Part shown: piece after piece, positions 24,238-36,700 of the stretch
Numbering within the stretch: the first letter of the stretch is position 1
Layout: each line of letters starts with the position of its first letter
Source: Mytilus californianus
Lineage: Eukaryota
DNA length: 64,000 bases
Direction of reading: 5' to 3'
Assembly: GCF_021869535.1 (NCBI RefSeq)
Contig: NW_026262668.1
Span: 107,260,001 to 107,324,000 of the forward strand
The notes under the pieces: generated by a model
Seen by the model: the letters and a program-made list of their open reading frames with translations, nothing else
The model's database searches: none
What the model was told of the DNA's origin: nothing
Program-made: the position numbers and the translations under genes

Positions 24238-25598
24238 ACTTTAAATTAGATTATAACATTTTAAAGAATTTATTCCATTTTGTAATGGTTTTCTTTTTGT
24301 TTTCCCCGAGGTGTACCAAATAATCCACAGGCAAAATTTAATATCAAGCTAACCATCTACTCATTTAACGAGGTATTTATGAACAGTAGAATAATTACTG
24401 TAAAAAAATGTTGAAAAAAGTTCATCCAAATTTAATATAAATAGTATACCGAATAAGCCACTTTGACCATTTCAGTTTCTTGAACTATTTATTCTATTTG
24501 ACCACAATATTATTGTAGAAACTATCTGAGTAATATTTCTTTTTTTAATGAATATATATTAAATTGAACAAACCGTGTTTGCTGTACAAAATCAAAATAC
24601 AATACTTTAGATTTCAAGCAAATGATATCTTAAACGGTAAAATTAAAAGTAAATCTGTGAGCGAAATACGTTTTTCGCTAATTTTCCTTATTAAATAATG
24701 TTAATGTATTTAATATTAAAAAAGAATTCAGCTGAGTTAACACATTTGATATTTTGTAGATGCACAGAAGAGGAATGGCACTCAATGGAAAATATTCGTT
24801 TTACCCGCTTGGATACTATCCGTGTCAGAAATTCAGCCAAGATTTTCATCGAAAAACAAATTGTGGATAATATTATGGAATTTTACGATACGATACTATA
24901 TTATACGATGGAATTACGACTCGCAAATTAAAGCTGTACGTTAAGTAGAAATAAGAAGATGTGGTATGAGTGCCAATGAGACAACTCCATCCAAGTCACA
25001 ATGCGTTAAAAGTAAATAATTATAGGTCAAAGTACGCCCTTCAACACGGAGCCTTGGCTCACAATGAACAGCAAGCTATAAAGGGCCCCAAAATGACTAG
25101 TGTAAAACAATTCAAACAGAAAAACCAACGGTCTAATCTACGAGTTGAATTTTCTTAAACATAAAATGCATTTGAATTTTATTTATCTAGGGCATGCTAT
25201 TTCTTAAAACTTTTCCAGATGTAGATGTAAGTCTGTGCTCAGAGTAAATTTTGAGGTGAAAACTCAGCCATTTTAGCCAAAGTGTCCAGATGAACCTTAA
25301 TAATGAGATATTTGGTGTTCATTGTATTACTACGATCCCAATTAAAAAAACTCCAGTATCAGCCGTTTTAGTAAGTGTTCATCTTCATTCAATATCGCAT
25401 TACGTCTTTTAGAATTATTTCCATGGGTGAACACTTTTTATGAGAGTGACCATGGAAATATCCAAAGAGCAAAACGTCCGATTGAATGAAGATGAACAAT
25501 AGAAAATAACTCTCCATTCCTGAAAAATAATGGAGAGTTGAACAAAAGATTTACGTCACAGGTGTATTTCAAGAATTGATATTGTTGCATTTTTTTTT

Positions 25599-25621
25599 GG
25601 GGGGGGGGGGGGGGGGGGGGG
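25599..25621. repeat. Poly-G tract (23 nt)
   Basis: Direct count. Confidence 0.9.
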
Positions 25622-25844
25622 CATGTATAATCCTAATGTAATTGCTGTCATCAAAATAAGTCAATCTGGCCGATGTGCGAATTAGAAAAATACTCAAAAT
25701 TCTGTCATAGGCTTAGGTTTTTCTCAGTGTTTGCCTTCCGACTCACTGCGAGTGCTTAGGTGGGACATTTCTTTTGGAATTTTTGGGTCCTCAATGCTCT
25801 TCAACTTCTTTCCTGATTTAGACTTTAAACGTCTTTTGATTCAA

Positions 25845-25888
25845 GCGTCATTGATGAGTATTCTGTAAACGAAACGCGCGTTTGGCGT
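25845..25888 (+). ncRNA. Near-intact minimal type I hammerhead ribozyme motif (family D)
   Basis: Stem I GCGUCA/UGGCGU; core UUGAUGA (C3U); weakened stem II GUAU-UCUGU-AAAC; GAAA; palindromic CGCGCG; cleavage triplet GUU. Confidence 0.7.
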
Positions 25889-26428
25889 ACAAAATTATAA
25901 GCCTTGTATCGTTGATGAGTTTTTTTTTCATTATTTCGTTTTCTATTGGAATAAAACACATATCAATACATTCTAGAATTCAAAATTGCGCTGGCCCTAG
26001 TTACGAACCGGTAAACTGTTGAATTTATACCAACAGAATATATGATTTGTTCAATCAAAACCGTGATTACAAACAAAGAACTTTTGAATTGACTTTAAAT
26101 ACCTGAGTTGTAGAAGTGAACTATATTTTGCCGCTTAAATGTTAATAATATTGTTTTGGTTAAATTTACTTTTGATATTTTCGGTTACATCACTTTTCAA
26201 CGTTAATTTTAGGTTTTGGAATCATATATAGGTCTCGACCGTCACTGAGGGTCAGGAATCTTTTGCAGTAAAATTTGTGCCGTTTGATATTTTTATCCAG
26301 CATCTCACATAGAAAAGTTATTGACAGTGTAGTGCACTAGTAGAGCTAGTAAGGGACATTCAAAAGTAAAATATTTTCAAGGTGATTTAAAAGATGCACC
26401 TTAAGATAATTTTCTTCTTTTTTGAATA

Positions 26429-26664
26429 AGGGAGCTACCATATTTGATCTTTATGATGAGGGGGGGGGGGGGGGGGAGGACTAGGATGAAAAGTTGTAAT
26501 CTCTGTCCTGCCTTTTTTTATTAGTTTATCCTGACTTTTTTTAACTTAAATTGTCATCCTGCCTTTTTTTTGCCAAGTTGCTTATCCTGCTTATTTTTTT
26601 GCTCAAAACTCCTGTCCTGCCTTTTTTTCAAATTTCATCTTAGCCCCCCCTCCCCCCCCCCCCC
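26429..26664. mobile_element. MITE-like element with poly-G/poly-C inverted ends and internal TCCTGCC-Tn repeats
   Basis: Gn-ctaggatgaaa at the left and tttcatcttag-Cn at the right; 4-5 internal tcctgccttttt units. Confidence 0.55.
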
Positions 26665-27054
26665 AAAAAAAAAACAAAACAAATGTTTCACACATCAATT
26701 TTAGATTTTTACTATGTTATTCATACATATTCTGTGTAACAATGTTATAGATTATGAAATAAAGAATTCAAACTTCGGTTGTTGCAATCAATTGATCTAA
26801 CTGTTTCTTCAATTTCCTGTCATTCTCTTTTACATTATCACTCTTCACCAGAATGCAATGTAAAAGGAAGTTGAAAGATACCCAAGTCGAAAACAAACTG
26901 ACAATGTCATGGACAAAAAATAACAATAAGACAAACAACAGTACACAAAACACAACATAGAAAACTAAAGACTGAACACAAACCCCACCAGAAACCAGGG
27001 TTATGTCAGTTGAACCGGAATGGTAAGCAATAGAAACGATCTGATTACATAGAC

Positions 27055-27745
27055 TGTTATAAGCCTGGTATCTTTAATGAGTCTTTACATCCACTGCGTC
27101 AATGCACTGCTGGTGGTTGTTTTGTGCTCGAGGGTATCACCAGCCCAGTAGTCAGATGTGCTGACATAAAATATTATTGATATGTCAATATTCTGTAAAT
27201 GTATTGTTTATAAAATGTTATGATATGTTGAATTATTCGAAGGTTTTTCTTCCCCGAGTTTACTGGTTTTAATGCTGTTTTATTTTGTATTTAATTTTGC
27301 ATGTCTATTGTTTTGAATCGGATTACACTGGTGAGTCTTATCATTATGTAGGCGAAATGCTTGTCTGGTGTACCAAATTATAAGCCTGGTATATGTTATA
27401 AGCTTTTACAACCACAGGGTCAATGCTACTGCTAGTGGACGTTTCGTTCCCGAGGGTACCCCTCTCATAGTACTCAGAACTTTTGTGTGACATGAAAAAT
27501 AATTGAAATATTTATTTTGTGTTAATCTAATGATTATAAATTAATAATTATTCGAATTGATAAGTCATCACTTCCAGAAAGATTGCTTTAACCGTATTTA
27601 TGCCATTTTTTTTAATTTCCTATTTTTAATGCTCTTTAAGTTAGTATTTGGTTTGGCAATCCAACTGTTTTGATACGAGCGCCACTGATGACTTTATGTA
27701 AAAGAAACGCACGTCTGATCAAATTATTAGCTTGGTATCTTTGAT
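27055..27745 (+). repeat. Tandem ~350-nt family D units with two hammerhead motifs (27328-27372, 27685-27720); retrozyme-like
   Basis: ataagcctggta recurs at about 27059, 27380 and 27725; the cores CUGGUGA..GAAA..UC and CUGAUGA..GAAA CGCACG UC are 357 nt apart. Confidence 0.75.
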
Positions 27746-29839
27746 GTTTTAACTTGGCTTACCATTTTTATCGATATTCCAACTGTTGCAATTTTCCAAT
27801 AAAGGCAAATAAAAATATTGTATCGGTGTATATGCTGGTAAAAAAAGATGTCCATTTTTTGTTCTATAAATTGAATATCCGTAAAACAAATCTATTGTAA
27901 AATATTTTCATATTTCAATGGGTCAATTCGCTGCTGGTTGACTATTATTTTCCAAAAGCAATCGTCAACTCAGTTTTCAGTGCTTCTAAATTGACATGAT
28001 TTATAGGATATGTTCCGTTGATTAATTTAGAAATAGTTATAAAACTAAGATTCCAACACCCTCAGACAATGGTTACCTTAGCTGAATTTGACTATCCATT
28101 CTTTTTGATATATATCTACTCACGTATTCATGTATTTATATATCCTTGGCTTTCTTCTGTTTGGTTTTAATAATTCATTGTAAAGGTAAATTCTGAAAAG
28201 CTTCGATCACACAAATTGTATAAATATTTTTTTTTTTAATTTTCAATTTAATTAAAACATGATTATGAGTAAAAAAATTTAAAGTGGCAAAAGCATTAAA
28301 AAGTCTTATTCGACAGTTGTCTTTATTCATGAAAAAGCAATATTATAAAGAAATTTCATAGATGTAAAATGCATACTAAAACAAATATTACATTGGTTGC
28401 AATTAAATACAATGATTTACTTGCAATATTTTAAAACAAAATTCATAGATGTAGAATAAATGCATACTAAAACAAATATAACATTGGTTGCAATTAAATA
28501 CAATGATTTCCTTGAAATTCTCTAATTTCACTCCTCTGACGATATACAGCAATAGGTTTTGTCAACAAGTTTTCAATGACGTTGCATCAAAACGAAGTGA
28601 GAGCCCGTAGAAAAAGATATAGTTCCTAGCATTTTCTTTCTTATTTTTTTTGCATTAAAAGTTAACGTAATAAAAAGAATAACTAATCCAGGAATTCAAA
28701 TATCCAAGACATTTACTTGGGACCAAAAAACAGTGATAATTATCTCATGCGTTAGTGGAAAATGTAGTTGCAATAATTACCTCCCCTGCAAACACTAAAA
28801 AATCGAACTCTTCAAAGTTTTGCACTTAATTCGCGAGAACGTTACTAGTCATAAAAACAAACTAATATGTCAACAAAGAAAAACAAAATGGCATATAGAC
28901 AAAGCACATAAGCAAAAATGAAAGACAAGAACACAAAAAATGACGATCGCACAACAACACATTGGCGGGATGTATAAGTACCGAACCACGCCAAGAGGAT
29001 ATTACCAAAAATGGATTGAAGGCCGTACGGTTGCCTATAATTGCTTACATCCACTTCATTTATACTTTGGTGGATAATTGTCTCATTGGCAATCATACCA
29101 CATCTCCTTATTTTTATATACAGTTAAGTAAATAATTTACAAAGACATAAAAAAGAACACTATAGCACGTAATTAAGATGATAAACAACGCCAGTACCTA
29201 GAATCTATAATTCAAGGCCATCGTGTATTATTTGTGATGTTGATACGGAATATTTATCAACAAGGTCTTGGTATCTTCCGATGAACTTTATTTTCGTTTC
29301 TTTTGCTGAATGCGTCCTTAGAACTGGTCTATTCTCCTTATATCTGGGCAACTAGTCCATAGAGATATGGAATCAAAATATCAAGACAATAGATTTTTAT
29401 GCAGCAAAGATTAACACTTTTACAGTCACTAGTCAAATTCAAACTGATCTTATTCTGTTTAAACTTTAAATGCGAAAACATCGAGAAGACGACACATTCA
29501 TGTAGAAAAGTGGAGACGACCAGTGCTTAAAATTCTTTAAACAAAAGAGTAAAATCCTTTAATAGATAATCATTCTTATAAAAAAAAAATATTCCCTTTT
29601 CTTTTTTAACATGAACAGATATAACGTTATATTCACACAAACACAATATTATATATATATAGAATATTCTTGGGAAAAAAGCGTTCTTGGTCGTGAAAAA
29701 TCGATTTTGGGAAATTGTTCCCTGGAATGGATTTATTTTTGAATAACAGTATAACAAGCTTCTAATGCATTTATTTCAATTATAAAAAAAAAACATATGC
29801 ATTTGCAAGTATCTTTCAAATCAGCTACTGATTTGATTC

Positions 29840-29886
29840 GAGCGCCACTGATAATTTTTTTCTCGACGAAACGCGCATCTTTCGTA
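29840..29886 (+). ncRNA. Degenerate hammerhead motif (family D)
   Basis: gagcgcca-CUGAUAA (G8A)...gacGAAA-CGCGCA-UC. Confidence 0.5.
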
Positions 29887-32800
29887 CCACATTTTATGCT
29901 GTTTTTTGTTTTTTTGTTTGTTTAAATATATTATATATAATAATATTCGATTGTGGCTTTGAAAATCATTTTTATAAGTTTGGTTACTGATGTATACAAC
30001 TTTTGATTGTTATATTATTCATAAGAAGAGTTACTTTTGTATTATTCCCGCTTCGTCAGTAGGTCCAAAGACACAGTTATCGTCCTTGACAAATATAGTC
30101 CCCACTGTATAACTTGCAAATTTTTTTCATACACTTTCTAAATTTATTTGTTTATATTTTATGCATAAATTTTTAAGAAGGGCATGACATTACATGTTAA
30201 AAAAATTTGGATGAGAAATTTTTATGTAAAGTAGTGATTTGGTCCAGTTTAAAAAAGTAAAAAAATTAGTATGTCTGAAGCTGTTAAACTGAATTATAGA
30301 CCCCTTTACAAAGCATTCTTCATATCTTGAGTAAGAGCTGGTAGACTTTTTTAATTTTGAAATTATTTGTCCCAAAAGTAGTACACTACACTGTAAAAAT
30401 CTTTTTGAGATATAGCAGGTACGATTTGTTTTTTAATTTTAATTTATTGTCTTAAAAAAAAATTCACTACGAAATAACTCGGGCCAATTTACACACACAC
30501 ACACTGATGCACTACTCGCGTTTGTGAATTCATGTGTTGTTCAGTCACACGTTAAATATATTTCAATATTTGAATTCTTGGATTAGAAATTATATATAAC
30601 AACAACAGTAATAGATGCATTTAAAAAAATCAAAGTAAAACAAAACTATTAGCAAACAACTAAATCAAACAAACAATAAAAACAAAAATAACATTTAGTA
30701 AAATAAAGTGCACTTTATTCTTGCATCATTAACAAATATAACATATTTTCTACAGAAATCTAGATTCAGACAAATATATAAATCTTACTTGTATTTCGGA
30801 AAGGACTAAAAATTACATTCATTTTATACAAACTACAATGACTTTTAAAATTTACAAAATAATGATTATAGTAAAGACATAATAAAGATATATCAATATG
30901 AACATGCACGCCCACAATAAAAACAGTTATGCAAACAGTTGCTTCATTAAAATTGTAAATGCTGCGTATGAAGTATGAAATTCAAATTGTAAAAAAATCT
31001 GATATTTTTGTCTCTTTCTGTTGTTTAATGCTACCAAACAACATATATTAAAACGAAATGTAATATAATGTAACACATAATTACAAAGTATTTTGCCTTC
31101 AGTACCGACAGATATATGTGTGATGAATGTAAATGCAATAGTGATATTTTTTACAATGACACACATTGTTAGAACAACCATAATCAGAAACACTCAAAAA
31201 AGTTAAAATGCATATTATCCAGTTAACCAGTTAAAATTGATGACCCAACTGTATTACGACATCCAAATTACACAATTAGTAAAAACTAAATGTGGAACTT
31301 ACAGACGAAACTAATTGAAAAATAGAACGCAAGATACTATCCAATATTAACATATTTAACTAGTATTTATTTTATGTAAATGAAAATAAATGTATGCCTT
31401 TGTTTTGATAAATATCCAAATTGTATTCAAATCAGAAATCGATGCACATGTAAAAACAACAATTGATGAGAAATTCTACCATTGAAAACAACGAGAATCA
31501 TCACACTGCGGATTTCAGACAGTATTGGCAATTCAACATTCCGAAACCAAAACTGAAACCTGAACTCTAATCATTTATTTTGTTTTTAGTATTTACTTAC
31601 CTCTCTGTTGTCCGTGATACTGGTATTATAGTACTTTGTGTCTTTTCTTAAATGATATGGATTGTACATTCTTCCATGAACCCTTTGTTATTATTGAATA
31701 TTCCACCGGTGGAAACTTTAAAAGAAAAACAAAGTGGTGAAGGCGTTTACTATCACTAACCGAGTCAATACCGAAGTGATAATAGTCTGTCCATGTCAGA
31801 TACCTCTTTACAGAGGTTTTTAGTTACATGTATATGCTTTTGTTTATTTGTTTTTATGGGTTTTGCGTTGATTGCATATCTTTGATAGTCTCGGTTAGGC
31901 TTATTTACAACTTGTCTAGACTTAGGCCGATTAAAAGTATAAACATATATGGTATATCCACCTTCTATATTTTGCAGACCATATTGCTACCCATATAATT
32001 ATGTCTTTTATTTTGTTTGTGTTGTTATATTGCTGTTTCATTAACGTATACCCACAACTCTTTCATTCATACTTATTGCAAATTTACATATACTAGTTAC
32101 TAGTTAGGCACATTGCTAAAAAGAAATATAATGCCTGTAATAAATATGAATGAAAAGTATTACAGAAATTTCACATCACCAATTTTCTCTTTTTGGTCTA
32201 AAAGATTTGGCTGTATAAGACAATTTTAAAATGTTATATAAAAAAATATACACGTTCGTGATCAATAAAATAAATGAGTGATAGATTTGCCATTAAAATA
32301 TAGGAGGATGTCTGGAGATTAAATCCAGATGATCTTAAAATTGCGTCTATAAAGCAATACATGAATTAAAGAATATATGGCTGTCGTGAATCAGACAGCA
32401 AACTAACGATACAGGAACTAACAGATATCTAGAGGTTAACATATTGTCTTCAACAGAAGTCAAATGTTTATACAATGCGTCAAACTCTAAATCGCTGCGA
32501 GTCTTATTTGGACTTGGTGTTATCTGATTTTCTTTGAATTGTGTTTTTTTTATTACTGCCTTTGTATCGCCATTCACATTTGCGTTGAATAAATAAAAAA
32601 GAGACTTTAAAGAGTTGCAATCAGCATTTTCAACATGACAAAACTATTAAGATATTATTAAAGCCAAAACAATTAATAGATTCCTGGCCAAATTCCTGCA
32701 CATGTACATTTGGCAGAGTTAATAATTTGATTGAAAAAAACTTCAATTTGATGATATCGGCATAATAGACAACCAAAACATAAGTACTGAAAAACTATAA

Positions 32801-33499
32801 TAAATAATATCGGATAAAATCATAGTTGCAGTAAACGGAAGTTTATTTTCTTGTATATAGAAGTTCGGAGTAATTTACCTGTTAAAATGGAATCATGCCA
32901 ACCTACATTCCGATATAGGCAGATGTTCTCGAAGTAGATTTCGTATAGTAATGTCATAAACTTTGCAGGAATACACGTGCGTGTGCAATGCCCAGACTAT
33001 TTATTTGAACAGAAAATCAAGGCAGAAAAAAATTAGTAAGTTTTGTTTCAGACTAGAAATTGGCGAATATTTATGTATATTAGATCCTCAAAACTATCTG
33101 GACATGACAGGCAAGAACACATTATATACATACATAAAAAAAATTACAGAAACATCAATCTATTCAGAGCCAGCGGACTAGCCGACTTGCCCCACGGTTG
33201 TCTATAATTGCTTACAACCACTTCATTTGAAATTTGGTGGATAGTTGTCTCATTGGCAATCATACCACATCTCCTTATTTTTATATGAACCTTATAGATA
33301 TTTCTCCGGAGCTGTGTAATGATATGTGCAACATACTAACTGATAAATACCACGTTTAACCATTCAAATTGTTACTGCATCTCTTCAAGCTTCTAAGATA
33401 TTATGAGTATCTTTTTAAAAACTAATAAATAATCCTCGAAATAACGCCAATTTTGAATTATACAGCAATTACTTTCCTATAGTTAACAGGATCGTCCAA

Positions 33500-33792
33500 C
33501 TATATGGCGATTTCAACTTGTTCAATTGAACATCCAGATTTCTGTTCCTCATAATTACGTCTGACCGATGGATTGTTGATAAGTGTGTATAGCTTAGCCC
33601 ATTTACGGCTAATCCGTCCATGTTTTTGACTGATTGTTTCGACATTCCCTTGTGTGTAATTGACAGGTGTTAGTAACACGTTAGCACAACCCCTTTCTCT
33701 GCTGGTAACTAGTAATTCGTTACAAAAAACTGACGCTACTGGATTTCTGTGATGAACCTCTACCATTAACATACCAATATAAGTCGAATAGC
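33500..33792 (-). CDS. STRA6: STRA6-like terminal exon (YSTYIGMLMVEVHHRNPV...KWAKLYTLINNPSVRR...EIAI*)
   Basis: ttctctcag acceptor, phase 1, TAG stop at 33500-33502. Confidence 0.9.
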
Positions 33793-36700
33793 CTGAGAGA
33801 AAAATGTTTGTTATTCTATGTATTTTACGGTCTTAACGCTTTAAGTTTTTGCAGAATCTATCAGTCCAATACCAATTTATTTATTACTAGATTTTCAATC
33901 GTTACCTTCTACTAGCATGTCAGATAACGAGTCATTTAATAAAAACCAGTTAGGAATAATACCACTATAAACAGTAAAAGTCTGAAATGACCTATATCTG
34001 TACTCGACTGTATTGATTTTTACTCGACCAGTCTGAATTGGTCTGAATTTTACTCGATATTACTCGACCTCAATCTTAACTATACTCGACTGTACTGATA
34101 AGTATTTGACCCTTATTTTTGCCATTAAAAAAGATCTGAACTATTACTCGACAAGTCTGAAACAGTCGTAAGCTATTCTCGACCTACTTTTTCAGTCTGA
34201 ACCATACGCGACCAAAGTCTGACTAATATTCGACCAGTGTGAACCATACTTGACCAAATAACCTCTACTTTTTTTAATTTTAACTGTTTATATGATTATA
34301 TTTTTAACGGAAAAGACCACAGCCACAATAAAGTAAAGATATGTTTACAAATTTTTACATCCTTGCATGATTATCAGATTTATCAAATCGAGATAGTCAA
34401 ATTATCTAATTCTAAAGTTTGAGTCTTGGTAAGAAAAAAGATTTTCTTTTACATTAAAACACACCTGTACTGAGCTTAATAAAACCTTATTAAGCTGCTT
34501 CTTGTTTGCCATGTATTTTTTTTAACAAAACTTAATTCACCTAACTTAACTTCTTAAAAAAACTTCATTGGTTTCATGGCTACATACAATAGTTCTATCT
34601 TTTTTACTGACGTAACAACAACCAACAAAATCACTGAAAGTGTTTAACCTTATATCAATTATATATCTATTCTTATTATAATTTGGCATACATATATATA
34701 TTATGGTGTTAGCCCTGTATAACTACGGGTTGTCCGATGTCTGTCATAAAGTTGTCACATGTTTAGACGTTTATATATTATAATAAAAATAAAATTATAA
34801 TTTGATGTGACGGCATGGTAATTACATTATCATCCTTTACGACAGGCAAACATACCTGATCTGAAAGATATACCATCCTACTTGCCATTATACATCATGT
34901 ACTGCGTTACAAACCTATATAAAGCTGACGAGGAAAGGAATTACTCGACTAAGTTAACGAAAGCTATATATTTATATAGCCTAGTTGGAAGAGTGGTCTA
35001 GGGCGCTGGACACAGTGCAGGAGGAGTTGCCACGATGTCACAGAAGCTATGGTTCAAATCCAGCTGAGGGAAGTACAAAAACTTGTGAACGCAAATTACA
35101 GATCTAACATTGTTGGACTAAATTTGAGAGGAATTATATATTTTTTATGTTGTTAGCCCTATACAACTTCCGGTTATCCGATGGAGAATGTCTGTCGTAA
35201 AATTGTCACATGTTGAGACGTACAAATGTATATATTTTCTAAAAGGGATACAAAAGAAATGGACTCTTTGTTAGAGAAAGTAAAAAAGGCCAAGTTGGTA
35301 AATTTGAATTGTTTACATCTGTTTCTATGAGCTTTAAAAGTTTAATGAATGTGCATAATTTAGGATTTTATGCATCTTATATATTTGTTTTTACTAAAAT
35401 TATGGTATAGAGCTTCGAGATATTTGTAAACTTTTAAATTATAGACAAATTTTTACAAAACCGTCGATTGGGGTAGGTGCAAATTCATGTGGATCTTTTT
35501 TGTGCATAAGTATATATTCCGCCGAAAAAAATTGCAAAGAAAGATTAAAGATTGATCTTTTTAAAACATTAATTTGCATCTCTGCCCCGGCCACAGTTTT
35601 TTTTGGAAAAAATCCCCAAAATTGGCAATAATTTCATCGAAAAGAGAAAGTCGAGTACACCTTTTTATGTTCAGGCGTGCTTGAGTTGACTATTCTGTCT
35701 TGAAAACGTATAAAAGAAAATATTTGATACATCATCTCGCTTCAGATTCTATTATTTTTTTTTATATATTTAGGCTTTAGGTTGATATAATAACATTAAA
35801 AACCTACAGTACTAAGAAATGAAATATATGGGTCAAGTGAAACATCTTTGTAATAAGTCATAACACAACAGATTAGGTGTGTTCGAATTATAAATTTTTA
35901 CTAAAAGTACTTGACGACAGACTTTACAAGTTGATATTAAAAAATGCACAACTTCAAAAAAACTTCATCTTTTGTGTGTGTTTTCTAGGGTAATTATTCC
36001 TCAACCTCTAAAAATATTTAGTCTGCCCTCCCACGAAATATTTAATTAGAATTTTCTTAAATATTTTTAGAACTTTCGAAAATTCCCCCTGACAACCGAT
36101 CAGACAATAGTTTTAAGTTAACCAAATGTATAAAAGTACATTAAATGATGCCCAATAGAAAGTAGATACATTTGTCTTTTAAGATACAACTGGCATATAA
36201 GGATCGTAATGATGCTATGTGGATAAACTGATCGGGTTTCAAGAGCTGAATTGACAGCGCGTCATCACTACAATGGCTTCCATTTTTACGATTAAAAAGA
36301 TTGGGTGGCGTAATGGGGAGATAATTTTTACGAAGTAGAATCCTGACTGTTTACTGCATTAAAAGGTTACCGAGGATTGCTATGGAAGTTCTATAATATT
36401 AAATTCTTGGTTTTACAAAACAAAGGTGTCATTTTTAAAATTTATTAAGTTGCTTCATATACAATATAAAAAAAAATAGTTCATTGCGTTATTAACTTAA
36501 TTCGACTAACACCATTAATTTATACCAGGCTTATGTTAGTGTTGAACATTTTCTAGTAATCATAAAATACATCTGAAACATTCAAAAAACGTTTGAATTC
36601 CATTTAAGATATTTGAATAATGGTCGAAAGTTCTAGTATTTTTGATGTACAACATGCAATGTGAACATGATCATGAACATAAAAATTAATTTGACCAAAA

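Noticed and set aside
32347-32640. Possible - strand exon (FCHVENADC...TSRYL)
   Set aside because: Open frame with plausible but weak splice sites; no recognisable homology and no phase-compatible partner exon.
34979-35090. tRNA gene (Leu/Ser-like)
   Set aside because: It has A- and B-box-like motifs but no pairing acceptor stem or clean anticodon arm, and it continues into a repeat body; treated as a SINE-type head. The same applies at 36800, 51800, 45600 and 60910.
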